This document shows positions 1 to 10,348 of a DNA stretch of 36,408 nucleotides, piece by piece. Positions within the stretch are counted from its first letter, which is position 1. Every line of letters starts with the position of its first letter. This stretch comes from Verrucomicrobiota bacterium (GTDB taxonomy: Bacteria; Verrucomicrobiota; Verrucomicrobiia; Limisphaerales; Palsa-1400). Location of the stretch: the NCBI GenBank assembly GCA_049510745.1, contig JBEKYR010000050.1, positions 1 through 36,408 of the forward strand, given 5' to 3'. The notes beneath the pieces are model-generated. The model was not told the origin of the DNA. It worked only from the letters and a program-made list of their open reading frames with translations, and made no database searches. The position numbers and the translations under genes were made by a program.

Positions 1-3000
1 TATGGCTCTGCCACCAGCGCGGTGGCCGTTGTGACTGTCGGCCTGCCGCCCGGCATCACGGCGCAGCCCGTAAGCCAGACCAATCTGGTCCAGAGCACCG
101 CTTCTTTTTCGGTGGCCGTCTCCGGCACCGGTCCTTTTAGTTATCAATGGCAATTCGACGGCACGGATCTTCCATACGACGTCATCAGCACGGTGGCGGG
201 CAACGGAGCATGGGGCTACTCCGGCGACGGCGGCGTAGCGACCAGTGCGGAATTGGCCAATCCTTTTGGCGTGGCTGTGTATGTCTCCGGCAACCTGTTC
301 ATAGCGGATACGTATAACATGCGCATCCGCGAGGTGCGAACCGATGGGATTATCACCACGGTGGCGGGCAACGGGACAGACGGCTACTCCGGCGACGGCG
401 GCCCGGCGACCAATGCTGAATTGTACTCTCCTGGTGGAGTGGCTGTGGACGCTTTCGGCAACCTGTTCATTGCGGATAACGGTAACAACCGCATCCGCAA
501 GGTGGGAACCAACGGGATTATCACCACGGTGGCGGGCGACGGGACGGCTGGCTATTCCGGCGATGGCAGCGCGGCGACCAATGCGGAATTGCGGAATCCC
601 TGTGCCGTGGCTGTGGACGCCTCCGGCAACCTGTTCATTGCGGATGAGAGTAACCAGCGCATCCGCAAGGTGGGAACCAGCGGGATTATCACCACGGTGG
701 CGGGCAACGGGACAGACGGCTACTCCGGCGACGGCGGCCCAGCGACAAATGCGGAATTGTACTCGCCCTGTGACGTGGCTGTGGACGCCTCCGGCAACCT
801 GTTCATTGTGGATGAGAGTAACCAGCGCATCCGCAAGGTGGGGACCAACGGGATTATCACCACGGTGGCGGGCAACGGGGCATACGGCTACTCCGGCGAC
901 GGCGGCCTAGCGACCAATGCGGAATTGTACTATCCCGTGGGCGTGGCTGTGGATCCATCCGGCAACCTGTTCATTGCGGATTACGGTAACCAGCGTATCC
1001 GCGAAGTGGTCTTCGAAGGCCCGACGCTTATCTTGACTGATGTGGGTGACACAAATGCCGGCTCGTATGACGTGATGGTGTCAAGCCCGTATGGCAGTGT
1101 CACCAGCAGCGTCGTCACTTTGCAGGTGCTGAACCTGGTGCGCTACGTCAACGTCAACAGCGCTCACCCCACGCCGCCCTACACCAATTGGGCCGCAGCG
1201 GCCACGAACATTCAGGATGCGGTCGATGCGGCAGCGGCGGGTGACGAGATCGTGGTAAGCAACGGGATCTACGCTTCCGTCGCCGTGGGCCAACCGCTGG
1301 TCTTGCGCAGCGTCAATGGACCGGACTTCACGATGATCAATGGCGGTGGCGCGGCGAGTTGCCTTTCCCTCAACAACGAGGCGGTGATTGTGGGCTTCAC
1401 GCTGACCAATGGCAATGGTTGGGCCTACGGCTACGGCGGAGGGGTGTATTGCGAATCCAGCGGCGACGTGCTCTCCAATTGCGTGATGACCGGCAACTCG
1501 GCTTGGGAGGGTGGCGGGGCCTATGGCGGCACGCTCAACAACTGCACCTTGACCGGCAACTCGGCCGATGATGGCGGCGGGGCTGCCGATTGCACGCTCG
1601 ACAACTGCGCGTTGACCGGCAACTCGGCAACCAATTCTGGTGGCGGGGCGTATAGCGACTCTTCGCAGCCCTGCACGCTGAACAATTGCACGGTGACCGG
1701 CAACTCCGCTGGGGATGGTGGCGGGGCCTATTCCTGCGCGCTCAACAACTGCATCGTCTATTTCAACACCGCTGATGTCGGCGCCAATTATGATTCCTCC
1801 AGCACGTTGAACTATTGCTGCGCCACGCCTATGCCCCTCAACGGTGTCGGCAACATCACGGACGATCCGGAACTGGCCAGCGCCTCGCACTTGAGCCTCT
1901 TTTCTCCGTGTCGCGGGGCCGGCAGCGCCGCCTACGCGAGCGGCGTGGATATTGATGGCGAAGCCTGGGCGAACCCGCCTTCCATCGGCTGTGATGAATA
2001 CCACGATGGAGCGGTGACGGGGCCTTTGAGCGTGGACATCGCCGCCGCCTACACGAACGTCGCGGTGGGATATCCATTGGACTTGACGGCTGGGATTGCG
2101 GGGCGGACGACCTTAAGCCTCTGGGACTTTGGGGACGGGACGCAGTTACTCGACCATCCATACACCGCTCATGCCTGGACGGGAGCAGGTGACTACCTGG
2201 TGGAGTTGTGGGCGTTTAATGAGAGCCTGCCGGAAGGGGTCAAGGCCACCGTGACGGTCCATGTCATGGCCCAGCCAGTGCATTACGTCGCCTTGAGCAG
2301 CACCTCGCCTGTGGCGCCATACAGCTCCTGGGCCACAGCGGCCACCAACATCCAGGAGGCAGTGAATGCCACGTCGGTGGCAGGGACTCTGGTGCTGGTA
2401 AGCAATGGCGTTTACCAAGCAGGGTTCGCGGTGACCAAGCCAGTGACGGTGCAAAGTGTCAACGGCCCGGACTTCACGATGATTGATGGCGGGGGCACAA
2501 ATGAGTGCGTTTACCTCGCCAGCGACGCGGTGCTGGTGGGCTTCACATTGATCAATGGTTGGGCCGGCAACGGCGGAGGGGTGTGCTGCGCATCCACCAG
2601 CGCCGTGCTGTCCAATTGCGTGCTGAGCGGAAATTCAGCCTGGAATGGCGAGGGCGGCGGGGCCTTTGGCGGCACGCTCAACAACTGCACGCTGACCACC
2701 AACTCGGCGAACGACGGTGGCGGGGCTGCATTTTGCACGCTCAACAACTGCACGTTGACCGGCAACTCGGCTGATTACGGCGGCGGAGCTGAAGCTTGCG
2801 CGCTCAACAACTGCACGCTAACTACCAACTGGGCGTGGGACGGCGGTGGGACTGAAGCTTGCACGCTTAACAACTGCACGCTGACCGGCAACGATGCAAC
2901 AGGCCATAGGGGGGGGTGGTTCGGGGAATGGTTCCCGGGGGTTGGCGGCGGGGCTAATGGCGGCACGCTGAACAACTGCACGCTGACCGGCAACAACGCC

Positions 3001-6000
3001 TACGACGGCGGCGGGGCCTTCGAGAGCGCGCTCCTCAACTGCACGTTGACTGGCAACTCGGCTTGGTACGGCGGCGGGGCTTGTGACACCATGCTGACCA
3101 ATTGCGTGTTGACGGGCAACTCGGCCAGTCAATGGGGCGGCGGGGCGTATAGCGACGGTAATCAGCCCTGCACGTTGAACAACTGCACGTTGACTGGAAA
3201 CTCCGCTGACGACGGTGGGGGGGCTGCCGATGCCACGCTCAACAACTGCACGCTGACCGGCAATTGGGCCTACGACGACGGCGGCGGGGCTGACGATTGC
3301 ACGCTCAACGACTGCGCGTTGACCGGAAACGCGGCAACCAATTTTGGTGGCGGGGCCTATAGCGATTCTTGGCAGCCCTACACGTTGAACAACTGCACGT
3401 TGACTGGAAACTCCGCTGACGACGGCGGGGGGGCCTATTCCTGCACGCTTGACAACTGCATCCTCTACTACAACAACAGTGCAGGCACCTATGCCAACTA
3501 CGATGAAAGCAGCACGCTCAATTACTGTTGCACTACGCCTCTGCCCGGCAGCGGCAGAGGCAACATCAGCGCCGACCCGCAACTGGCCGGCGCCTGGCTT
3601 CTGAGCGCCCATTCTCCCTGCATTGGGGCGGGCAGCACAGCCTACGTGTCCGGCGCCGACATTGATGGTGAGCCTTGGGCCAATCCTCCCTCCATCGGCT
3701 GCGAGGAGTTTTACGCGGGCGCGATGAATGGCCCTTTGAGTGTGGCCATTGCGGCCGATTACACCAACGTGACCATAGGGTTCGCCGTGAGTTTCACCGC
3801 ACAGATTCTCGGTCTGCCCAACGCCAGTAGCTGGGACTTCGGCGACGGCACCGTGGTGAGCAACCTTCCCTACGCATCCCATGCCTGGAAAGCGATCGGG
3901 AATTACCCGGTGTCGCTGCGTGCCTACAACGACACCTATCCTGGCGGGGTGGCGGCAAGCGTTACGGTCCACGTTATGGCCCAGCCGGTGTACTACGTTG
4001 CTTTGAGCAATTCCTCACCGGCGGCGCCCTTTGGCTCCTGGGCCACAGCGGCCACCAACATCCAAGAAGCAGTGGACGCAACATCGGTGGCGGGGACGCT
4101 GGTGCTGGTAACCAATGGCGTTTACCAGGGAGCGGTAGCGGTGACCAAGCCAGTGACGTTGCGTAGCGTCAACGGCCCGGGCGTCACCGTTATCAATGGC
4201 GGTGGCACAAACGAGTGCGTTTACCTCGCCAATGACGCGATGATTATGGGTTTCACCTTGACAAATGGCGCGGCCAACGACGGCGGTGGGGTGTGGTGCG
4301 AATCCACCAGCGCCGTGCTGTCCAATTGCGTGCTGAGCGGCAACTCGGCCTGGAACGTTGGCGGTGGGGCCTATGGCGGCACGCTCAATAACTGCACGTT
4401 GTTCGGCAATTCGGCTCCCAATGGCGGTGGGGTTGCTGATTCCACGCTCAACAACTGCGCCTTGACGGGCAACACGGCCAGCTACAGCGGCTACGGCGGC
4501 GGGGCTTATAGCGACGGGAATCAGCCCTGCACGCTCAACAACTGCACGTTGACTGGAAACTCCGCTGACGACGGTGGGGGGGCTGCCGATGCCACGCTCA
4601 ACAACTGCACGCTGACCGGCAACTCGGCTAGAGCCGACGGAGGCGGGGCCTATACCTGCACGCTCAACAACTGCATCGTCTATTTCAACTCGGCCCCCAA
4701 TGGGAGCAATTATGACCCTTCCAGCACGCTCAACTACTGTTGCACGACGCCCATGCCCACCAACGGCGTGGCCAACATCAGTGCCGACCCGCAACTGGCC
4801 AGCGCGTCGCATCTGAGCGCCGAATCCCCCTGCATCGGGGCGGGTAACGCGAGGTACGCCAGCGGCACCGACCTTGACGGCGACCCCTGGGCCAACCCGC
4901 CGTCCATCGGCTGTGATGAATACCACGCCGGGGCGGTGACGGGCCCCTTGACGGTGAGCCTGACGGTCACCCTGACCAATGTTGCGCTCGGCTATCCGGT
5001 GGGTTTGACGGCGTTCATCGAGGGCCGAACCGACCTGAGCGTGTGGGCCTTCGGCGATGGTTCCGTGGAGATCAACCAACCTTATACTTCACACACCTGG
5101 ACGGCGCCGGGGGATTACGTCGTGGCCTTGTGGGCTTACAACGACAGTTATCCGGAAGGAGTGAGCGCGACGATGACGATTCATGTTGACCAAGGCCTGC
5201 ATTATGTCGCGGCCCACAGTGCCAATCCGGTCGCGCCCTACGCGTCCTGGGCGACGGCAGCCAGGAATATTCAGGATGCGGTGGATGTGGCGGGAACGGG
5301 CGGCACGGTTTTCGTGACCAATGGAACTTATGCAGCCGACGGGCGGACAACACCTGCAACAGAGGACGGCGTGACCAACCGGGTGGTGGTGGACAAACCG
5401 CTCACCGTGCGCAGTGTGAACGGTGCCGGGGTGACCGTTATTCAGGGTCAAATGCCCGGTGCAACCAATGGCAACATTCGATGTGTCTATCTCACGAACG
5501 GTGCAACGTTGGTGGGCTTCACCTTGAGCAATGGTGTGGCCGGATACGACAACGGCGGAGGGGCATATTGCGCATCCACCAGTGCCGTGCTTTCCAATTG
5601 CGTGCTGAGCGGCAACTCGGTGTGGAACGAAGGTGGTGGGGCTTACGGCGGCACGCTCAACAACTGCACGTTGACCGGCAACTGGGCCCCCGATGGCGGC
5701 GGGGCTGCCGATTCCGCGCTCAACAACTGCACGCTGACCGGCAACACGGCAGAATGGTCCGGCGGCGGGGCCTTCTATTGCACGCTCAACAACTGCACGC
5801 TGACGGATAACTCGGCAGCCAATGCTGGCGGCGGGGCCTCTGGCGGCACGCTGAACAACTGCACGTTGACCGGCAATTCGGGCTACAACGGCGGCGGGGC
5901 CTATGACTGCACGCTTGACAACTGCCTGCTGACCGGCAATTCGTCCGGTTATGGCGGTGGGGCTGCCTATTCCACGCTCAACAACTGCGCGTTGGCGGGC

Positions 6001-6756
6001 AACACGGCACAATTGGACGGTGGAGGGGCATATTCCGGTATGCTCAACAACTGTACTTTGACCGGCAACTCGGCTCAAACCGGCGGCGGGGCTTATGCCA
6101 CGCTGAACAACTGTATCGTGTATTTCAATGATGGGGGTAACTATGACCCTGACAGCACGCTCAATTACTGTTGCACGACGCCTATGCCCGGCGGAATTGG
6201 CGACATCACCAACGCGCCGCTGTTCGTGGATTACGCTGGCGGGAATCTACATCTCCAATCCAATTCCCCCTGCATCAACTCGGGCAACAACGCCTATGTC
6301 GTCGGCAGCACCGACTTGGACGGCAATCCCCGCATCGTCGGCGGCACGGTGGACATCGGGGCCTACGAATATCAAACCCCGGTGAGCATGATTTCCTATG
6401 CGTGGCTCCAGCACTATGGCCTGCCCATTAACACAAACACGGACACTGCGGACTTGGACGGCACCGGAATGAACGTTTACCAGGATTGGATCGCCGGCTT
6501 GAATCCCACCAATGCCCTGTCGGTTTTGCAGATGACATCGGCCACCCCGACCCATAATTCAGCGGGGTTGGTTGTGACTTGGCAAAGCGTCAGCGGCATC
6601 ATGTATTTCCTGCAAAGCAGCACCAATCTGGCGGCGCAACCGGCCTTCACCACCATTCAAAGCAACATCGTCGGCCAAGCCGGCACGACCAGTTACACGG
6701 ACACCACCGCCACCAACGCCGGCCCGTACTTCTATCGTGTAGGCGTTGGCAACTGA
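1..6756 (+). CDS. Giant secreted modular surface protein, 5'-truncated by the window: Ig with inserted NHL propeller, 4x parallel beta-helix modules with choice-of-anchor-Q-like caps, 3x PKD, verrucomicrobial-type C-terminal domain
   Basis: Frame is open from base 1 (YGSATSAVAVVTV, the end of an Ig domain), so the start lies upstream. Contains NHL repeats (P.GVAVD.SGNLFIAD), GGGA..TLNNCTLTGNSA coils, W(D/A)FGDG PKD motifs near 2122, 3832 and 5044, and a C-terminus ...LQSSTNL...FYRVGV. Confidence 0.9.
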   Translation, partial: YGSATSAVAVVTVGLPPGITAQPVSQTNLVQSTASFSVAVSGTGPFSYQWQFDGTDLPYDVISTVAGNGAWGYSGDGGVATSAELANPFGVAVYVSGNLFIADTYNMRIREVRTDGIITTVAGNGTDGYSGDGGPATNAELYSPGGVAVDAFGNLFIADNGNNRIRKVGTNGIITTVAGDGTAGYSGDGSAATNAELRNPCAVAVDASGNLFIADESNQRIRKVGTSGIITTVAGNGTDGYSGDGGPATNAELYSPCDVAVDASGNLFIVDESNQRIRKVGTNGIITTVAGNGAYGYSGDGGLATNAELYYPVGVAVDPSGNLFIADYGNQRIREVVFEGPTLILTDVGDTNAGSYDVMVSSPYGSVTSSVVTLQVLNLVRYVNVNSAHPTPPYTNWAAAATNIQDAVDAAAAGDEIVVSNGIYASVAVGQPLVLRSVNGPDFTMINGGGAASCLSLNNEAVIVGFTLTNGNGWAYGYGGGVYCESSGDVLSNCVMTGNSAWEGGGAYGGTLNNCTLTGNSADDGGGAADCTLDNCALTGNSATNSGGGAYSDSSQPCTLNNCTVTGNSAGDGGGAYSCALNNCIVYFNTADVGANYDSSSTLNYCCATPMPLNGVGNITDDPELASASHLSLFSPCRGAGSAAYASGVDIDGEAWANPPSIGCDEYHDGAVTGPLSVDIAAAYTNVAVGYPLDLTAGIAGRTTLSLWDFGDGTQLLDHPYTAHAWTGAGDYLVELWAFNESLPEGVKATVTVHVMAQPVHYVALSSTSPVAPYSSWATAATNIQEAVNATSVAGTLVLVSNGVYQAGFAVTKPVTVQSVNGPDFTMIDGGGTNECVYLASDAVLVGFTLINGWAGNGGGVCCASTSAVLSNCVLSGNSAWNGEGGGAFGGTLNNCTLTTNSANDGGGAAFCTLNNCTLTGNSADYGGGAEACALNNCTLTTNWAWDGGGTEACTLNNCTLTGNDATGHRGGWFGEWFPGVGGGANGGTLNNCTLTGNNAYDGGGAFESALLNCTLTGNSAWYGGGACDTMLTNCVLTGNSASQWGGGAYSDGNQPCTLNNCTLTGNSADDGGGAADATLNNCTLTGNWAYDDGGGADDCTLNDCALTGNAATNFGGGAYSDSWQPYTLNNCTLTGNSADDGGGAYSCTLDNCILYYNNSAGTYANYDESSTLNYCCTTPLPGSGRGNISADPQLAGAWLLSAHSPCIGAGSTAYVSGADIDGEPWANPPSIGCEEFYAGAMNGPLSVAIAADYTNVTIGFAVSFTAQILGLPNASSWDFGDGTVVSNLPYASHAWKAIGNYPVSLRAYNDTYPGGVAASVTVHVMAQPVYYVALSNSSPAAPFGSWATAATNIQEAVDATSVAGTLVLVTNGVYQGAVAVTKPVTLRSVNGPGVTVINGGGTNECVYLANDAMIMGFTLTNGAANDGGGVWCESTSAVLSNCVLSGNSAWNVGGGAYGGTLNNCTLFGNSAPNGGGVADSTLNNCALTGNTASYSGYGGGAYSDGNQPCTLNNCTLTGNSADDGGGAADATLNNCTLTGNSARADGGGAYTCTLNNCIVYFNSAPNGSNYDPSSTLNYCCTTPMPTNGVANISADPQLASASHLSAESPCIGAGNARYASGTDLDGDPWANPPSIGCDEYHAGAVTGPLTVSLTVTLTNVALGYPVGLTAFIEGRTDLSVWAFGDGSVEINQPYTSHTWTAPGDYVVALWAYNDSYPEGVSATMTIHVDQGLHYVAAHSANPVAPYASWATAARNIQDAVDVAGTGGTVFVTNGTYAADGRTTPATEDGVTNRVVVDKPLTVRSVNGAGVTVIQGQMPGATNGNIRCVYLTNGATLVGFTLSNGVAGYDNGGGAYCASTSAVLSNCVLSGNSVWNEGGGAYGGTLNNCTLTGNWAPDGGGAADSALNNCTLTGNTAEWSGGGAFYCTLNNCTLTDNSAANAGGGASGGTLNNCTLTGNSGYNGGGAYDCTLDNCLLTGNSSGYGGGAAYSTLNNCALAGNTAQLDGGGAYSGMLNNCTLTGNSAQTGGGAYATLNNCIVYFNDGGNYDPDSTLNYCCTTPMPGGIGDITNAPLFVDYAGGNLHLQSNSPCINSGNNAYVVGSTDLDGNPRIVGGTVDIGAYEYQTPVSMISYAWLQHYGLPINTNTDTADLDGTGMNVYQDWIAGLNPTNALSVLQMTSATPTHNSAGLVVTWQSVSGIMYFLQSSTNLAAQPAFTTIQSNIVGQAGTTSYTDTTATNAGPYFYRVGVGN
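184..1010 (+). repeat. Five tandem 168-bp (56-aa) NHL/teneurin-like repeats
   Basis: Units start at 184, 352, 520, 688 and 856. Each reads ITTVAGNG..GYSGDGG.AT.AEL..P..VAVD.SGNLFIAD..N.RIR.V, with high DNA identity between units. Confidence 0.92.
1138..6370 (+). repeat. Four beta-helix modules, each built from ~60-bp repeats
   Basis: Modules open with YV...P..PY.SWATAATNIQ.AV at about 1138, 2278, 3988 and 5197. Each has a variable number of ggcggcggggc...acgctcaacaactgcacgctgaccggcaac units and closes with LNYCC.TP...SPC...D.DG.P...IG..E(Y/F). Confidence 0.88.
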
Positions 6757-6802
6757 GGCGGCGCTATGAAGCTCTGAACAGGCCCTGAACTCAAGACACA
6801 CT

Positions 6803-9550
6803 ATGAAAACCAAACTTACCCTTCTCGTAGCCGGGCTGTTTCTGGCGGCCACGAGTGGCGCCCTGGCCCAACCTGTCATCACCGCCCAGCCAACAAACCA
6901 GTTTCTGGCGTCAGGAACAACCGCCACTTTCTCTGTTTCGGCAACAGGAGCGGCCCTTACTTACCAATGGCTGTTCGATGGGACGTCCATTTCCAACGCC
7001 AATAGCAGGACGCTCTCGTTGGCCAAACCACAGCCCGCCCAGTGGGGTTACTACTCAGTCATCGTTTCCAATGCCTCCGGGTGCGTCACGAGCCAGGTGG
7101 CGGAGCTTAAAGTCTTTGTGGCCGCGCCGCACAACTTGAGCGGCATCCAAGCCGAATCCAACGGCTCCATAAATTTGAGCTTCACGGGCGAGACGACCGC
7201 GTCCTTCGCGCCGTACTACGACCTGTATCCACTGGAAACCTCGTCGAACCTGGTTGATTGGGCGCCGCTGGTCACGTTGCAAAGCACGAACGCGGCGTTG
7301 GACACTCTGAGTTTCCTGGACACCAACGCGCCGGAGTTCAGCCAGCGCTTCTACCGCACGGCGAGCAATCAAATGGTCACGCCTGACCCTCAGCCGACCG
7401 GGCCCTACGCAGTTGGGACCTTCTCGATGGAGTTAACTAACTCGCGCCGCAGCAACGCCAAGTTCATGGTCACCTTCTGGTATCCGGCGGTTGCTCAAGC
7501 CTTGGTCCTTCCGGCTAAATTTATAGAACCACAAGCCGCTGGAAATTACGGGAGCTTCTCCAACCAAGTTCTGGCGTTTTTCTCACACTCGCTGTCCAAC
7601 GCGCCGCTGGCCACTAATCCAGCCAAATATCCTGTCGTGCTTTATGACCCGGGAGCGACTGGTGATCGTCGCGAGAACACGGCCATGACAGAAGACTTGG
7701 CCAGTTGAGGCTATGTCGTGGTCGGACTGGATACCAGCGACACGGAAATCAGCGTATTTCCCGATGGGACAGTGGTGCATGGCCAATCGCTGCCGGCCAC
7801 AATCGCCGGCTACGTCGCAGCTATCGAAGGCCGGTTGCTGGACCTGCAGTTTGTGTTGGACGAACTGGAGAGCTTGAACGCCGGCGATCCGCGCTTGGGC
7901 GGGCGGTTGGATTTGGCGAATATTGGCGCGTTTGGATGGTCTTTGGGTGGATGTACCACGGCCCAACTGTGCCTGCGCGACCCTCGCTGCAAAGCGGGCG
8001 TTGGCATGGATGCGCCCTATCTCGAAACCAACGTGCTGACGCAGCCGTTGGGCGTGCCGTGGCTGTTTTTCCGATCTGATTTGGACCCCGGTCCGGCCGC
8101 ATGGTACTTCGGCCTGCCTGGCGGAGTTCCCGATGATCGTTTGCAGGTTTACAATGAGCAGGTGACCAACGCCTATTGGGTGAAGCTGGTCTCCACCGAT
8201 CACGGCAGCTTCGGTGATTGGGACCTCATTGTTGATTCGGCAAAACTGGAGGCCGGTTTTGCCACGCCGATGAGCGGCCAGTTCCTGCCACCGGCGCGAG
8301 TCAGCCAGATCATACGGGCCTACCAGCTCTCCTTTTTCAACAAGTTCTTGCAAGGACAAGACGATCATCTGCTGGATGGTCGCTCACCGGCCTACCCAGA
8401 GGTCATTCAATTCTTGAGTAAGTCTGGCCTTTCAGTCCCGCCTCAATATCCATCGGCCGCGCTGGTGCAAGGCAGCGATGGCAATTTCTACGGCACAACA
8501 GAGTATGGCGGGGCGAGCGGGGAGGGCACGGTGTTCCAAGTGACGACCAACGGTACGCTGACGACGCTGGTTTCGTTCAACGGAACCAATGGCAGCTACC
8601 CGTTCGCGGGGTTGGTGCAAGGCAGCGATAGCAATTTCTACGGCACGACCCAGTACGGCGGGACCAACGAAAATTACGGCACGGTGTTTGAAATGACTCC
8701 CGCCGGGGCGCTAACGACACTGGTCTCGTTCAACGGCACTAACGGCAGCTATCCGGCTGCGGCTTTGGTGCAAGGCACCAATGGCAATTTCTACGGCACA
8801 ACGCAGAGCGGTGGCGCGAGTGGGATGGGCACGGTGTTTGAAGTCACCTCCGCCGGGGTGTTGACGACGCTGGTCTCGTTCAACAACACGGATGGCGCAG
8901 TCCCGCTGCCCGGTCTGGTGCAAGGTACTAATGGCAATTTCTACGGCACAACGTTTCAGGGCGGAGATGTCAGTATCGATGGTCTCTTCGGAAATAGTGG
9001 CGGAGGCACGGTGTTTGAAATGACCCCCGCCGGCGTGCTGACGCGGCTGGTCGAGTTCAGCGGCGCCAATGGCGAAAATCCCGCTGGGGGGCTGGTGCAA
9101 GGCACCAATGGCAATTTCTATGGCACAACCTCAATCGGCGGAAACCTCAGTTTGAACGCCGGCTATGGGTTTGGCACGGTTTTCAAGATGACCCCAGGCG
9201 GCGCGTTGACGACGCTGGTCTCGTTCAATCTGACCAATGGCTACAATCCAACCGCCGCACTGGTCCAAGGCAGCGACGGAAATTTCTACGGCACGACAAC
9301 CGGCGGCGGCGCGGGCGTTGGCGGAACGGTCTTCAAAATGACCCCCGCCGGCGTGTTGACGACGCTGGTTTCGTTCAACGGTGCCAATGGCAGCCAACCC
9401 TCTGCAGGATTGGTGCAAGGCAGCGATGGCAATTTTTACGGCACAGCAGAATATGGTGGCGCGAATGGCTTGGGCACGGTGTTCCAAGTGACGACCAACG
9501 GGACATTGACGACGCTGGTCTCGTTCGGAGGCCAAACCAATGCCCCCTGA
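6803..9550 (+). pseudogene. Secreted Ig + PAF-acetylhydrolase-like alpha/beta hydrolase + GloVer-repeat protein, split by one in-frame TGA at 7706-7708
   Basis: ORFs 6803-7708 and 7718-9550 are in the same frame, and the junction reads EDLAS*GYVVVGLD (family motif LAS[HW]GYVVV). Signal peptide MKTKLTLLVAGLFLAATSGALA. Triad candidates GWSLGG, GMDAP and TDHGSFGD are intact. Confidence 0.85.
8462..9526 (+). repeat. Seven ~50-aa GloVer-type (TIGR03803-like) repeats
   Basis: Seven copies of LVQG(S/T)(D/N)GNFYGTT..GG....GTVF..T..G.LTTLVSF. Confidence 0.85.
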
Positions 9551-10026
9551 ATCAACGCCCGCAAAAACAGCTAGGTGCCAGGCCCCACCGACCGGGACGG
9601 CAAGCCGTGGCGACGGGGCCGATCCCGGCCAGCAGCCACCACAGAACCGTTGCTGTGCCATCGGGCGGTGTCGGCACCCGAAAAGGGACCCAGGCCTAAG
9701 CAAGAGTTGCAGAGAGCGACTTCGCTTTTACAAGAACGGTGGACTTGACCCAGCCTGCGATCCCACTCGCCTCTGTTCCCAAAAGAATGACACTTCCACT
9801 ACTTGGAAAGAGAAACTCTGGCTCTGCGTGGTAACGGAGTGACTAAATCTATCTGAGTAGAATTGCGCAATTTATTTGGGCGCCATGGACGGGGGGAAAT
9901 GTCCTGCCGTTCATCGTTCAAAGTCCTTTCGCGAAAAGGCAACGTCGCGCCCCCCGACGGCGAAATACACTGTCTCGCATCGTCTCAGTGGTTAGGGATC
10001 TCGAATCAGTCGCGGGATGGAAGTGA

Positions 10027-10139
10027 TATTCTCACTTTCGCTGGTCACAACAAGCACTGGAAGCCACTGATAACAAAGGGTTTTTAGATGCACATTTTAA
10101 AAAATCCGAAGCAATTATTCTCACTTTTATTCTCACTTT
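10027..10139 (+). repeat. 12-bp direct repeats TATTCTCACTTT (three copies), putative integrase arm-type sites
   Basis: Exact copies at 10027-10038, 10116-10127 and 10128-10139 in AT-rich DNA next to the att core. Confidence 0.6.
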
Positions 10140-10178
10140 GTGAGATTTGGGAATGTGTGAATTGCGTAAGTAATTGAA

Positions 10179-10191
10179 TATCAACGCATTG
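10179..10191 (+). promoter_or_regulatory. IHF-like binding site
   Basis: TATCAACGCATTG matches the consensus WATCAANNNNTTR and lies 8 bp from the att core. Confidence 0.5.
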
Positions 10192-10199
10192 ATCGATGT

Positions 10200-10225
10200 T
10201 GGAGCGGGTGAAGGGAATCGAACCC
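10200..10225 (-). mobile_element. att site: duplicated 3' end of tRNA-Gly (T-arm, acceptor strand and CCA)
   Basis: Minus strand reads GGGTTCGATTCCCTTCACCCGCTCCA, the 3' end of a Gly-type tRNA. The adjacent sequence has no anticodon arm, D arm or 5' acceptor strand, so it is not a full tRNA. Confidence 0.85.
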
Positions 10226-10255
10226 ACCACTTTTCTTCCGCGCCTTGCATAACCT

Positions 10256-10348
10256 TGCCACACTGTGCCACTTACGCAAGTTCTTTGTTTCGCGCGAGCG
10301 CATGAAAACGCACCGCGCGGCAATTTTTTTGGCACTAATTGGCACTAA
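10256..10348. repeat. TGGCAC-core 10-bp period repeats, putative arm-type sites
   Basis: TTGGCACTAA occurs twice (10329-10338, 10339-10348), with oppositely oriented TGCCAC pairs at about 10256-10272. Confidence 0.55.

Noticed and set aside
184..9526. CRISPR array or DGR template/variable repeats
   Set aside because: The repeats are in-frame coding units without unique spacers. Differences are not adenine-specific, and no cas or reverse transcriptase gene is in the window.
9551..9970. Small ORFs or structured RNA downstream of the hydrolase gene
   Set aside because: No recognisable protein motif, riboswitch consensus or clear terminator.
10200..10275. Complete tRNA-Gly gene
   Set aside because: Only the last 26 nt are present. 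The sequence beyond 10225 cannot form anticodon or D arms or the 5' acceptor strand.
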